A stretch of DNA of 64,000 nt from a virus (Duplodnaviria; Caudoviricetes). Positions 1 to 9,687 of the stretch are shown here, piece by piece; within the stretch, counting starts at the first letter, position 1, and each line of letters begins with the position of its first letter. Both the position numbers and the translations under genes were made by a program. The notes below the pieces were generated by a model. That model saw nothing but the letters and a program-made list of their open reading frames with translations, was not told the DNA's origin and did no database searches. The DNA is taken from positions 1-64,000 of the IMG/VR virus record IMGVR_UViG_3300021400_000379; one strand, 5' to 3'.

Positions 1-37
1 CTTGCGAGTGAGTCGCGGGCTGACTTCAAAACCTTTT

Positions 38-63
38 AAGGGGGCGCGAGCCCCCTTTTTTTT
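38..63 (+). terminator. GC hairpin plus T-tract terminator
   Basis: AAGGGGG-CGCGAG-CCCCCTT followed by a T run and preceded by AAAACCTTTT; near-identical element at 44318-44352. Confidence 0.75.
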
Positions 64-162
64 ATCGAAAAATTTTTTCAGCCTTTTTCCCGCCCGACCC
101 GGCGAGCCGGGTTTCGGGGGGACGGCGAACAAACAGACAGACATACATCGAGGAGATACATC

Positions 163-549
163 ATGACCAAGCGCATATCCAACAACAGACAGTCGGCATA
201 CGGCACGGAATACTTCGCAGAAAAGCTCACCAGAATCCCTACGGAATCGGGCGAGTATATCAGCGGATCGATTCTCGTGACATTCGTGCCTGAAACCCGC
301 ACTTATACCGTACATCTCAACACATCCCGCGTGCTGAACGACAACGGGACTACACGCGCAGGCAGATCCGAATACAGATTATTCCGCGGAATCAACAGGA
401 GGACCGCGATGGATCTCTTGGACATGACGACCGAGTCTGAGCCTGCGCCGGGGATACTCGCTGCGCTCAATGCGGAGCTCATCAGGAGGCGGATGATGAA
501 GGGTTTCAGGACCGATTTCTTTGTAGTAGGGAAAAAGAAGTCTGTGTAA
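163..549 (+). CDS. hypothetical protein
   Basis: 128 aa ORF with GAGGAG RBS, TAA stop. Confidence 0.75.
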   Translation: MTKRISNNRQSAYGTEYFAEKLTRIPTESGEYISGSILVTFVPETRTYTVHLNTSRVLNDNGTTRAGRSEYRLFRGINRRTAMDLLDMTTESEPAPGILAALNAELIRRRMMKGFRTDFFVVGKKKSV

Positions 550-935
550 GATTTTTACACTTGGTCATGGGGTGATGTAGCAGAGTTTCCAGCATTATAC
601 TACATGTCATACTACTTTTCGTAATATAGATACTAATGAATACTCATACATTCACTATAGTAACACTATAATTCCTAATATTGTAGTAGTAACCCCATGT
701 ATTATTCCATATGTATGTACACATTGAGAATAACATATAATATAATAGGAGTATGAGTAAGTATATTACATATAATAAGAATTAAGAAAATTTCATTTAC
801 TACAAACCGAAGTATGAGTGTAGCATGAGTAAAGCATGAGTACACATGAGTACACATGAGTAAGACATGAGAATGTATTAGGCAAAATACCTACTACACT
901 CTCTACTACACGCATAAAAATACAATTGGATGGGA
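550..935. other. AT-rich non-coding region, candidate replication origin or early control region
   Basis: Largest gap in the left arm, visibly AT-rich; phased ATGAGT repeats at 814-872, another at 753 and an inverted copy at 641. Confidence 0.5.
811..872 (+). repeat. six phased (C/T)ATGAG(T/A) direct repeats, 10-11 bp period
   Basis: ATGAG starts at 814, 825, 836, 846, 856, 867. Confidence 0.85.
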
Positions 936-960
936 TTTATCACAAGGAGGAAAAACAATC

Positions 961-1377
961 GTGAGTAAGAATGCCAAAAAGGATGAGACTATGATGGAGA
1001 TCATTAGTACAATCAGGAAACTGCTGCAAGGCATAGATTGTACAAAAAGGATGGAGTTGGACAAGGATACAAGGTCGAGATGGGAGAAGATAATGGGCTT
1101 CCGGATCAACATGGCAGTGTATCCTTATCACAATAAGGAAAATGTGAGTGGTTATTATGCGGAAATTTCTGCACAAGGAGCCGAAGTAGCACATTTTTGC
1201 GTAGATTATAACACAAAAAATGTTATTTTTCCGCCTAAAAGTATCATTCATTATGCGCCTTGTTTCGGTCTTAATCATAAGGTGCTCGCATCCCTCATCG
1301 ACCTTGCCTTTGAATCGCCTCAAAACGCGCGTATGGCCCTCAGAACGGAACATTTTGATGACCTTCTCGCATGCTGA
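961..1377 (+). CDS. hypothetical protein
   Basis: GTG start after AAGGAGG RBS, 138 aa. Confidence 0.7.
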   Translation: MSKNAKKDETMMEIISTIRKLLQGIDCTKRMELDKDTRSRWEKIMGFRINMAVYPYHNKENVSGYYAEISAQGAEVAHFCVDYNTKNVIFPPKSIIHYAPCFGLNHKVLASLIDLAFESPQNARMALRTEHFDDLLAC

Positions 1378-1428
1378 ACCAAGGGCACAAAATTTTTTTC
1401 ACACATTTGTGCTAAACTCTCACCCTGT

Positions 1429-1501
1429 TTATCACAATCAGGAAACCTATTCGAATTATCACAATGAGGAAGATATCATGAAAGATCATCACAATCAGGA
1501 A
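1429..1501 (+). repeat. TYATCACAATNAGGAA 16-bp direct repeats (operator or iteron-like)
   Basis: Copies at 1429, 1456, 1486, also 1125, and a partial copy at 937. Confidence 0.8.
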
Positions 1502-1777
1502 ATCTCTGAGAGGATCAGAGCTCTGGTCTTATCTCAGAACGAGGTGTACTCATGCCGTACGAGCCTGGACATGGTGAAGGAAGTGAAGACCAAGCTGTAT
1601 GGAGCATACTACTGCGAATCCTTCACTCAGGACATCAAGACAGCATTGGACTCGGCGAACTCCGCTTTGGATAAGGCGATCGCGCTCATCGAACACACAC
1701 TGATAGGACTCGACGATGAGTTCGGAGAGAGATTCATGTCGCTCATGGAGGAATTCAGGGATGACTCAGGGAACTGA
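1478..1777 (+). CDS. hypothetical helical protein
   Basis: ATG 1478 after GAGGAAG, in frame with track ORF 1220..1777. Confidence 0.7.
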   Translation: MKDHHNQEISERIRALVLSQNEVYSCRTSLDMVKEVKTKLYGAYYCESFTQDIKTALDSANSALDKAIALIEHTLIGLDDEFGERFMSLMEEFRDDSGN

Positions 1778-2045
1778 ACCGAGAATCATAACCGTCGATG
1801 GATTTGAGCTCATCGTGCCGAGGTGCGTGCAGTGTCCCATGAATCTGAAGCTGACCTTCCCGTCGGACAGATTCGATGACGAAGGATATCCCGAAGATCC
1901 CGAGGTCATGTACGCGTGCAATCACCCGAAAGGCCCGGACAGATGGCTCGAGGTCGAGGACAAGGCAAGCGACTTCCCCGAGAAGTGTCCGCTGAAGAGG
2001 AACTCAGCCGTTCCCCCGAAGACGAAGCGCGCGAAGAAGGCCTGA
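1761..2045 (+). CDS. Cys-rich hypothetical protein (CxxCP...C...CPL)
   Basis: GGAGG RBS, Cys pattern. Confidence 0.7.
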   Translation: MTQGTEPRIITVDGFELIVPRCVQCPMNLKLTFPSDRFDDEGYPEDPEVMYACNHPKGPDRWLEVEDKASDFPEKCPLKRNSAVPPKTKRAKKA

Positions 2046-2049
2046 TGAT

Positions 2050-2487
2050 ATGGCACGCGTATACACGGCATACGGAATCAACTATACAGCGGATGAATGG
2101 GCAGACATATTGTTCGTCTCGCCCAGCACGGTGCGTAAGCACGGACAGAACCAAGAAGGCCTGGAGTGCTGGATAGCCGACATGCTCGGAAGCTTCAGGA
2201 ACTCCGTGATGGACAATGTCCAGGCAGGCACGTTCATCGCCGCGATGTATGACAGGGAGGTCTGGTGGAAGATATACGATATGACCCGCGTACTGATGTG
2301 GGAGCTGGACCTCGCGATGAAGAAGCTGAACCGTAAGTCCGCGGTGTTCATGCCCTTGGAGGATGATCTAGAGAGCCTGATCACACTGAGGAACGCCGTC
2401 ACGGATGTAGAGTTCCGCGCACAGGCCCGCTACGAATATATCAACACTCTGGAGAGACGCAGGAGACTGCGCATAGGGGATGAGTGA
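2050..2487 (+). CDS. hypothetical protein, possible N-terminal HTH
   Basis: YTADEWADILFVSPSTVRKH is HTH-like. Confidence 0.65.
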   Translation: MARVYTAYGINYTADEWADILFVSPSTVRKHGQNQEGLECWIADMLGSFRNSVMDNVQAGTFIAAMYDREVWWKIYDMTRVLMWELDLAMKKLNRKSAVFMPLEDDLESLITLRNAVTDVEFRAQARYEYINTLERRRRLRIGDE

Positions 2488-2649
2488 ATGCCGCTCAGAC
2501 GTCTGAACGTGAGATACCGCCTCCGCGAGAACGGAAGATGGTCGGACTGGAGCACGATGAACGTGACGAGGATGAAGCTGATGAGTATAATCGATTTCTA
2601 CGAGAAACACGGGATCTACATGGAGTATGAAGCGAAGGAGGTCGATTGA
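2488..2649 (+). CDS. small hypothetical protein (53 aa)
   Basis: Read from sequence; fills the gap with coupled start and stop. Confidence 0.6.
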   Translation: MPLRRLNVRYRLRENGRWSDWSTMNVTRMKLMSIIDFYEKHGIYMEYEAKEVD

Positions 2650-2915
2650 TGGCGACGATATCCGACATGTACAAGCTCAGGGAGTGCATGGACAAAGCGA
2701 TGCAGAACCCGATGCAGCTTGTATGGTTCGAAAGACTGCCCATATCGTTCGTACCGTCGATGATGTGCTGGGAGATGACGTTCGAGAGTGACCTGACGGT
2801 CTTTTTCAATGATGTGAGCTGTGCGGGCAACTCGATGCAGCTGGAGCTGAACGGAGTTGTCGTCGCGTATTTCACACACATGCACCAGAGACCGCCGGGA
2901 TATGACTCGGAGTAA
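2649..2915 (+). CDS. hypothetical protein
   Basis: AAGGAGG RBS, TGATG coupling. Confidence 0.65.
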   Translation: MATISDMYKLRECMDKAMQNPMQLVWFERLPISFVPSMMCWEMTFESDLTVFFNDVSCAGNSMQLELNGVVVAYFTHMHQRPPGYDSE

Positions 2916-2943
2916 ACCTTTTTGAAAACAGATTTGAAACAAG

Positions 2944-3318
2944 GTGAGAACCATGAAACTTATGACAGAAGAACTGGAGAAAGCGTTCGAAAAGTATCCC
3001 CTGTACTCCCAAGAGGAGGTCGAGGGGAAGGAAGCGAAAGTCGTTGTGAAATATTTCGGAGGCTCGGCCGCCACATGGCTGATAACCGAGGGAGAGAAGC
3101 AGGCCGACGGAGACTGGATGTTCTTCGGATACGTGACGCTCGGACTTCCCGACCCGTTCAGCCCGGGACAGCTCATCTGGGAGTGGGGCTATGTGACCCT
3201 GAAACAGCTTGAGGAGCTGAGATTCCCGCCGTTCGGACTGGGAACCGAGATGGATGTCAGCGTTTCCCCCGGCGAGCACACGGTGAAAGACCTCGTGTTC
3301 ATGGACGGTGACGAGTGA
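2944..3318 (+). CDS. DUF2958-like protein
   Basis: PLYSQE..VVVKYF..ATWLITEG..FFGYV..EWGYVTLKQLEEL pattern. Confidence 0.75.
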   Translation: MRTMKLMTEELEKAFEKYPLYSQEEVEGKEAKVVVKYFGGSAATWLITEGEKQADGDWMFFGYVTLGLPDPFSPGQLIWEWGYVTLKQLEELRFPPFGLGTEMDVSVSPGEHTVKDLVFMDGDE

Positions 3319-3506
3319 TGGCTGAGACACGCATGAGAGAGATCCTGGAGTGGAAGGTGACTTCGACCGTGCCTGACGAGGAGCCCATCGAGGAGACCTT
3401 CGACAGGATAAGCGCGGCGAGACTCTATGCCATGTCTCTCCCTGAGATCAGCACCGTGACCATCGCGCCTGTGATGGTGACCATCGGAGGGAGCAGAGAT
3501 GCCTGA
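3318..3506 (+). CDS. hypothetical protein
   Basis: Coupled ORF. Confidence 0.6.
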   Translation: MAETRMREILEWKVTSTVPDEEPIEETFDRISAARLYAMSLPEISTVTIAPVMVTIGGSRDA

Positions 3507-3774
3507 GGACCGTCCGCTGACAGAGGAGGACAGACAGCTCCTCGGAGCGCTGACATACTACGGAGAAGCGGTGCTCCCGACCGAAGCGTGCACGCTGATG
3601 GGATGGAGTGCGACGCTCTCCCCCGCGTCGAAGATGAGGGCATGGCTCGAAGAGCTGACAGACATGGGTCTGTTGATCGAGTCGATACGCAGACACCGCA
3701 TCGTGTACACCGTGAAGAATCCCAAGTATTGGGAGGGCTACGCGAAGGAGTTCGTGCTGAGGTGTGAGAGATGA
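3499..3774 (+). CDS. winged-helix-like protein
   Basis: WLEELTDMGLLIES...IVYTV is a wHTH-type C-terminus. Confidence 0.55.
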   Translation: MPEDRPLTEEDRQLLGALTYYGEAVLPTEACTLMGWSATLSPASKMRAWLEELTDMGLLIESIRRHRIVYTVKNPKYWEGYAKEFVLRCER

Positions 3775-3950
3775 GCTTCTGCTGTGACAAATGCGACGAT
3801 GCATCTAACGGCGTATACTTCACAGAAGTCTACAGCCCGCTGACCAAACGCCTTAAGACATTCTATCTCTGCGAGAAATGTCAGAACGATCTGTTCGGAC
3901 GCATCGAGAGATGGACAGAAGACAAAACCGATTCGAAAAAGGAGGAATGA
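3771..3950 (+). CDS. small Zn-finger protein (59 aa)
   Basis: CCDKC...LCEKC; ATGA overlaps at both ends. Confidence 0.65.
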   Translation: MSFCCDKCDDASNGVYFTEVYSPLTKRLKTFYLCEKCQNDLFGRIERWTEDKTDSKKEE

Positions 3951-4507
3951 GTATGGATATCTACGCATACATGCAGATTGAGAACTTGGATGATGTGGCG
4001 AAAGCCAACGGAATAGAGAACGTCCCCAGACTCAGGGGATACAGGCTGATGATTAATGAGAAGCCTATACCCGAGGAGAACATAAAGGCGGAGATCGGGA
4101 AGGAGCTGGAGAGCCAATGGCGCGACCTGGAGAGAACGGTCGCGAACATGCTCGAGGACGCACTGGCCCAGAACTTCGACTCATATGAATGCGACAAGTC
4201 ATGGCTGAGCATGCACGAGCACATGATCCGTAATTATGCCGATGACCTGCGTGAGGAGTACGAGATGTTCAACAAGTACGCAGGGCGTGCTGATGTGCTG
4301 ATGATACACTCGCGCATGGGCGGTAAGAAGATCTCCCATTGGGACGACAAGACACACGAACATATCGTAGACTATGACCTCGAGGCCCAGCCTTGGTTCC
4401 TTGACCATGTGAGGGATGCGTTCGACTCGACCTACTGCGATATCTACGCGAAGATCGACCCTGCGACAGTGCCTGAGAAGCTGATACTTCATGATGAGGA
4501 GGAGTGA
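3947..4507 (+). CDS. conserved phage hypothetical protein (paralog of 14346..14822)
   Basis: Shared motifs AKANGI.{1,2}V.RLRGYRLM, DVLMIH.R.GG, PWFL, FD.TYCDIYA.I. Confidence 0.8.
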   Translation: MSMDIYAYMQIENLDDVAKANGIENVPRLRGYRLMINEKPIPEENIKAEIGKELESQWRDLERTVANMLEDALAQNFDSYECDKSWLSMHEHMIRNYADDLREEYEMFNKYAGRADVLMIHSRMGGKKISHWDDKTHEHIVDYDLEAQPWFLDHVRDAFDSTYCDIYAKIDPATVPEKLILHDEEE

Positions 4508-4881
4508 GTATGGATGCGATCAAATTTGCATGGAACTATCTGTACGACAAGTACAACATCGGAGCCCTGCTGGAGATCGTGAGATGCCCCGGAATGCCGA
4601 TGTCCAAGTACAAGGTCATGTTCCCCGAGTATTTAACAAGAGACGGACACGTGCAGGGTTATGTCACGATCGGGTCCACTACTTCATTCAGGTGGTGTGT
4701 GGATTCGTTGATTCGCGACGGACTCGTATCAGAGGTGACCACCAATACAAGGAGGTATCTTTACCCCACCGAGCTGGGATTCAGATTCGCGAGGAAATAT
4801 CTGGAAGCAGCCGAGATATTATGCGGGGAGGGACTGATGGCCGAATACATGTCCAAGGACTGGGAGAATATGAGGAATTGA
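4504..4881 (+). CDS. hypothetical protein, wHTH-like
   Basis: VDSLIRDGLVSE...RRYLYPTELG resembles a MarR-type wing. Confidence 0.6.
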   Translation: MSMDAIKFAWNYLYDKYNIGALLEIVRCPGMPMSKYKVMFPEYLTRDGHVQGYVTIGSTTSFRWCVDSLIRDGLVSEVTTNTRRYLYPTELGFRFARKYLEAAEILCGEGLMAEYMSKDWENMRN

Positions 4882-4882
4882 T

Positions 4883-5272
4883 ATGGGAGACAGAATCGTA
4901 GTGAACATAACCGACGGAACGGACTTCACACCAGACTTCTACGGACATTGGTGCGGCCTCAGGGCGCTCAAGGTCCTGAACGATATGGTATCAGCCAAGA
5001 TAAGTTCCAATGGAATACATTCGATGTTCTGCAACTATCTGATCTATCTGATGAAGGCACAGCCTCAGCCGTATTCGTACTACGTGTACAACCACGGGGA
5101 TGCGAAGGGCATAGCGGATTGGGATAATTATGAGTGGACCTACCACACCGACACGGACAGGTGGACTACGACCAATCCCCAATATGCGGACAAGCGCCTT
5201 ACGAGGTCGCAGGTCACCAAGATAGTGAAGAGGGAAAGGCCGGAACTTTACAAGAGGTATGACAATGAATGA
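4883..5272 (+). CDS. hypothetical protein (MGxR...YxHW-type phage family)
   Basis: N-terminal MGDR and FYGHW motif. Confidence 0.7.
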   Translation: MGDRIVVNITDGTDFTPDFYGHWCGLRALKVLNDMVSAKISSNGIHSMFCNYLIYLMKAQPQPYSYYVYNHGDAKGIADWDNYEWTYHTDTDRWTTTNPQYADKRLTRSQVTKIVKRERPELYKRYDNE

Positions 5273-5564
5273 CGAGATCAAGAAGAGCAGTTACAAGTGG
5301 GTGAATGAGATCAACAAACGCGGCGGCACGATATACCACGTCGGAGGTAAGACCGATGTGGAGCCGGGTGAGATGTACATCGAGTGTACTGTATATCTCG
5401 CGACGAACGTCGAGGTGTACAAGAAGCACAATAAGATGTGGGTCCTGTACAGGGTGATTCCCTGGACCAGTATCAGCTACGTGTATGTGCGCGATTCCCC
5501 ACGCAACGGTGTGATAGAGGACTTCATAGAGGGAGACTATGTGAAAGTGATGGCCAATCACTAA
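5265..5564 (+). CDS. hypothetical protein
   Basis: Coupled ORF followed by AAACCTT motif. Confidence 0.65.
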   Translation: MNDEIKKSSYKWVNEINKRGGTIYHVGGKTDVEPGEMYIECTVYLATNVEVYKKHNKMWVLYRVIPWTSISYVYVRDSPRNGVIEDFIEGDYVKVMANH

Positions 5565-5583
5565 ACCTTATCGAGGTGAGACT

Positions 5584-5718
5584 ATGATCGATGTGAAACT
5601 GACTGAATGGAACAACAACCTGGCCCCTATCGTAAAGAAATGGGTCAGGCAGACAGATGCGAGAATCGAAGCTCTCGAGAAACGCATCGAAGAACTTGAG
5701 AAAAGCAAGGAGGAATAA
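5584..5718 (+). CDS. small coiled-coil protein (44 aa)
   Basis: GAGGTGA RBS; RIEALEKRIEELEK. Confidence 0.6.
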   Translation: MIDVKLTEWNNNLAPIVKKWVRQTDARIEALEKRIEELEKSKEE

Positions 5719-5721
5719 AGA

Positions 5722-6300
5722 ATGGGAACAAGAGGTACACTCAGAGTGTATGTGAACGACGAATTGAAGATCCGGCAGTATAATCAGTGGGATTCGTATC
5801 CCACGGGACAGTTCGGAGAAATCTGCGAATATATGTGCGACAAGCATCTCGTAGTGAGATTCGTGCAGTCGCTTCTTAACAAGAAGTTCGCAAAAGCCGA
5901 GGACATCCATAAGATTCGTAATGATTGCAGGCATCTGTCGGATGACATCTGGTATAACGAAGCGTATATCACAACGTTATCGAACAGAGACATCGGTGCG
6001 AGGATAATCCCGCTCATGGCTGGACTTCCAGACTTGGACGGGCAACAAGAGGTGATACCCGATTGGTGTGACATCTTCGAATGTAACGACGAGTCGCTCA
6101 TGGAAGAAGGCAACTATGTAATCCGCATAGAGTGTCAAGTCGAACATGCATCCAAGGATTACGTCATACCTGACACGGTACGTTTCAAGTTAAGCGGGGA
6201 ATTCTGGGGACACAAAAGAGACTATGATTGGAACTACATCCCTACGGGTGAGGAAATCCACGCATGGGAGACGGAAGCAAACAATGATGAGGGAGACTGA
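5722..6300 (+). CDS. hypothetical protein (MGTRG...YNQWDSYPTG phage family)
   Basis: AAGGAGG RBS; characteristic N-terminal motif. Confidence 0.75.
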   Translation: MGTRGTLRVYVNDELKIRQYNQWDSYPTGQFGEICEYMCDKHLVVRFVQSLLNKKFAKAEDIHKIRNDCRHLSDDIWYNEAYITTLSNRDIGARIIPLMAGLPDLDGQQEVIPDWCDIFECNDESLMEEGNYVIRIECQVEHASKDYVIPDTVRFKLSGEFWGHKRDYDWNYIPTGEEIHAWETEANNDEGD

Positions 6301-6301
6301 G

Positions 6302-6619
6302 ATGAAGATGGTTGTATTGGGAAGCAAGGAGATCAATCTGGTGGAACAGACCGCGACAAGACTGGCGCAGTTCTACTATGACATCTCATAGCCATGGGAT
6401 TTTGACGACGGATATGACACTCATGAAGACGCGATGGAAGCGGCAAAGCTTAGTTTCGCAGAGTCTATCGTGAGCGGAGAGGTATTCGACCTTCTTGAAG
6501 AGCTGGAGAGCTACAAGGATGTTCTGGACTCTCCGAAGTCCGATGAAGACGTCAGGCTCCTTGGAGAATGGTGTGCACTGAGAACCATGCTCACCAAACT
6601 GACCAAGACCTATTTTTGA
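6302..6619 (+). CDS. hypothetical protein with in-frame TAG at codon 30 (105 aa by read-through)
   Basis: ATG 6302 one base after the previous stop; TAG 6389-6391; frame continues into track ORF 6434..6619. Confidence 0.7.
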
Positions 6620-6633
6620 ACAGGGGGAGATCG

Positions 6634-6996
6634 ATGATTGATGAAGAAGACATACAGAATGTGTTGAAAGTAATACTCAGAGAAGGGAGAGTACCCTGCC
6701 CGGTAATGCTTACCGATAATCAATGGGATGAATTACTCGAAGATATCTGGGTAGAGCTCAAACACAGTGAGAATACGAGTACACGCGGCGAGCAGGAGGT
6801 CGGAATACCCGACCAAGACAGCCGTCTGGAGGAGTATTATTTCACTGCATGGGTCTCTCTGGATGGAGAGGACAAAGTATTGGAGGTCGAAGGTAAGATT
6901 CTGGTTTCGGTCGATGAACACATCGGACGTGACGCGGATGATACCTATGACGTTGATTGGGAAGTAGTGGACTACGAATACGAGTGGTTCACCTGA
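6634..6996 (+). CDS. highly acidic hypothetical protein
   Basis: GGGGAG RBS; strongly D/E-rich. Confidence 0.7.
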   Translation: MIDEEDIQNVLKVILREGRVPCPVMLTDNQWDELLEDIWVELKHSENTSTRGEQEVGIPDQDSRLEEYYFTAWVSLDGEDKVLEVEGKILVSVDEHIGRDADDTYDVDWEVVDYEYEWFT

Positions 6997-7045
6997 CCGA
7001 TCTCAAACTATTTCGTGAACGATTTTGAATTTTCGAGGAATGAAA

Positions 7046-8119
7046 ATGACAACTGATTTCGAAAAGAATGAACAACAAGCATCTGAATACGACAAAAATG
7101 TGAAGGAAGCACTTAGGAGAGTATTCCAGGTAGTGCCCGCAGAGGAGATTCTGTTCAGGGATCACCCGACTCTGAATCCCACGGTATGGACCTTCGTAGG
7201 AAAGCTCACGACCAAAGAGTTCCTTCAGCTGACTCAACTGATGGAGAACAAGGCAGAAGCAAAGGAAGTCCCTGCGCCTGAGCCCAAGGCCGCCCCAGTT
7301 ACGGAGCCTGTGCAGGAAGTTAAGGAAGAGATCGTATCTCAGCCCAAGACCAAAAAGCAGAAGGAGAAGCCATCCGTCGAGATTGACAACCATCTCAAGG
7401 AGGGAATCCTCGCCAAAAAAGGAGAGTTCACTGTCAAAGATGTGATGGACGGTAAGATCGATGGAAAGACCCATCCCCGTTGCAGAGCAGACAGGATTCT
7501 GAAACAGCTGATCAAGGAAGGACGTGTGACCTGCAAGCAGTTCGGAAATCTGCGCCTTGCCGCGTATAATGTGGTTCGTTCCCCCGCAGCAGAGCCTGAG
7601 ACTGTGGTCAAATCAGGCAATCAGACTGTCATAGGGACTAGAACCTTTATGATAGACCCTGTGCAGACACCCGCACAGCCTCAGAAACAGCCCCAGAAGC
7701 CCGCAGAATCGAAAGAAACCCCAAAGGTGGTATCCAAGCCCGTCCAAGACCAGATTAAGCTCACAAAACCCCCGAAGATCACACTCGCTGATTTATGGGG
7801 CGACAGAGATGTAGTGAACGGAATCTACAAGGAACTGTACACCAGGATGCGCAAGGTGAAAGACCCTATCGGACAGCACGACCTCAAGGACTTCCTGATG
7901 AGGTCATTCGAATCCAGGCTAACGAAGTACGACCTTGGACCCAACAACGTGTACCTGATGACCGAAGCTCATAATCTGCTCAAGAAGATGGCTAACGACA
8001 TGAGGTACTACCCTGTAGGATACGGATGTCTTGTAAAGGAGACTGAAGACGGTACGTTCATGGCCAGGCCCAGTGAGATGAAGCACTACGCGAAGGCCAA
8101 GGGATGGGTATCCGACTGA
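7046..8119 (+). CDS. hypothetical protein with central wHTH-like domain and low-complexity linkers
   Basis: FTVKDV...ADRILKQLIKEGRV wHTH-like; P/Q/K-rich linkers. Confidence 0.7.
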   Translation: MTTDFEKNEQQASEYDKNVKEALRRVFQVVPAEEILFRDHPTLNPTVWTFVGKLTTKEFLQLTQLMENKAEAKEVPAPEPKAAPVTEPVQEVKEEIVSQPKTKKQKEKPSVEIDNHLKEGILAKKGEFTVKDVMDGKIDGKTHPRCRADRILKQLIKEGRVTCKQFGNLRLAAYNVVRSPAAEPETVVKSGNQTVIGTRTFMIDPVQTPAQPQKQPQKPAESKETPKVVSKPVQDQIKLTKPPKITLADLWGDRDVVNGIYKELYTRMRKVKDPIGQHDLKDFLMRSFESRLTKYDLGPNNVYLMTEAHNLLKKMANDMRYYPVGYGCLVKETEDGTFMARPSEMKHYAKAKGWVSD

Positions 8120-8177
8120 CATTCACTGCGGGAGACCGCAATGATACAAACACTTTTTTGAAACAACCAAAGGAGAG

Positions 8178-8699
8178 ATGAAAATGGAACATTTTTATGA
8201 GAAAGATGAGAACTGCACTTGGAAATTCAAGAATGATGAGGCATATCTCGCATTCTGCCTGGGTAAGATTGCTCAGGCAAAAGCGGAGATGAACAAGTGG
8301 GAAGCACTCCTCCCCGCACTCAAGGATTCCGTGCTCGGAGACGACAAGACCTTCAGGGGACAGTATGTCAACCTGACCAAGACAGAGGATGTCTACGGCA
8401 CGGATACCAAGCGCATCATCGAAGACTTCGGATTCATGAACTTCGTCAACTGGGCCAAGAAGGGCCTCCAGCTGACTCAGGGACAGGCGGAATCATTCAT
8501 CGCATACTGTCAGGAGAAGGATCAGGAGAAGCTTGCAAAGGGAAAGATGAGAGAGGGAGAGTCCGACAAGACTGAGGATGTCAAGGTCATCAGCAGGAGG
8601 TATCTCGATCTGTCTGCACCTACCAAGGCGGGATGTATCAAGACCAAGCTTCTGAGTCCCGCAGAGTATGAAGTCATCATGCACCCCACGGAGGAATGA
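8178..8699 (+). CDS. hypothetical protein
   Basis: AAGGAG RBS, 173 aa. Confidence 0.75.
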   Translation: MKMEHFYEKDENCTWKFKNDEAYLAFCLGKIAQAKAEMNKWEALLPALKDSVLGDDKTFRGQYVNLTKTEDVYGTDTKRIIEDFGFMNFVNWAKKGLQLTQGQAESFIAYCQEKDQEKLAKGKMREGESDKTEDVKVISRRYLDLSAPTKAGCIKTKLLSPAEYEVIMHPTEE

Positions 8700-9364
8700 A
8701 AATGGCAAAGAACAAAGGTAAGACCAAGGCCAGGAGTATGGAATATATCGAGGAAACGGTGGACGAGTTCGAATACCGCGGAGAGAATATCCTCAGGAAA
8801 GTTCTGACTGAACTGACGGACGGCAGGGTAGAGGGATTCATGTATGTACGTGATTTCTCGGACGTCAAGGTCAGGTGGCAGAGATCAGATGATGAGTTCA
8901 GGCTGCAGCTCCCTCACATGCTCATCGGCCTGCCGAATTCCCCTCTGAAGAATCTGATCGAGTCTATCTGCATGAGGTGCTACCGTCCGCTGAACACAGA
9001 ATGGCACGCCCCCAAGGAGCTGTACGCTTATCTAAGGGTCAGCCCTTGTGAACTCAGGACCAGGAACAGAGAACTCTTCCTGAAGGCAAATAACCTGACC
9101 GAAGTGACTGATGAGGAGGCGGATGAGATTCTGTTAAGGGAAGCAAACGCAAACGGAATCGATGATATCACCTTAGCTACAGGTCCGCACATAACCGAGT
9201 GCAACACCAAGAATTCCGCAGTCTTCAGGGTCATTACGGTTCCCAATGACCTCATTGACCTTGAGAAGGGCATTATCGATCGTACCGGTCTGATGCTATA
9301 TCTAAAGAAGAGGGCCAAGAAGATGGCAGAGAACATAGAGGCACTGGGTGAGATGTCATGTTGA
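8696..9364 (+). CDS. degenerate DUF45/SprT-like protein lacking HExxH
   Basis: FSDVKVRWQRS...LPHML...SAVFRVITV resembles archaeal M48/DUF45-like proteins; no zinc motif. Confidence 0.45.
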   Translation: MKMAKNKGKTKARSMEYIEETVDEFEYRGENILRKVLTELTDGRVEGFMYVRDFSDVKVRWQRSDDEFRLQLPHMLIGLPNSPLKNLIESICMRCYRPLNTEWHAPKELYAYLRVSPCELRTRNRELFLKANNLTEVTDEEADEILLREANANGIDDITLATGPHITECNTKNSAVFRVITVPNDLIDLEKGIIDRTGLMLYLKKRAKKMAENIEALGEMSC

Positions 9365-9645
9365 TGATGTATGATGGAATGTGTCCTGAATGTGATGCCA
9401 GATTCAAGATCACACCCGACATAATGTTTTCGGAAAGGTCGGAGAATCTGCACAACGGGATATACAGAGAGCACATCGAGTACAACTGCCCGGTGTGTAA
9501 TGCCCACCTCAGGTTTTATGCTCAATACGAGCTTATTTACCTGAGGTGCGAATCCGAACACGCCGATGGAATAAAAGCCAGAGAGGCTTATTCCATGGAC
9601 GGGTCCGTGGACGGGACCTACGAATGGCGGGAGCCTGCAGAGTGA
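9358..9645 (+). CDS. Zn-ribbon protein
   Basis: CPEC...CPVC. Confidence 0.7.
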   Translation: MLMMYDGMCPECDARFKITPDIMFSERSENLHNGIYREHIEYNCPVCNAHLRFYAQYELIYLRCESEHADGIKAREAYSMDGSVDGTYEWREPAE

Positions 9646-9687
9646 ACCGTTCCCACGGACAAACCTTTTTCAAATTGAGGTGAAAAT

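Noticed and set aside
1429-1501. Mini CRISPR array
   Set aside because: Repeats are 16 bp with 11-14 bp spacers, non-palindromic, and partly inside a coding gene
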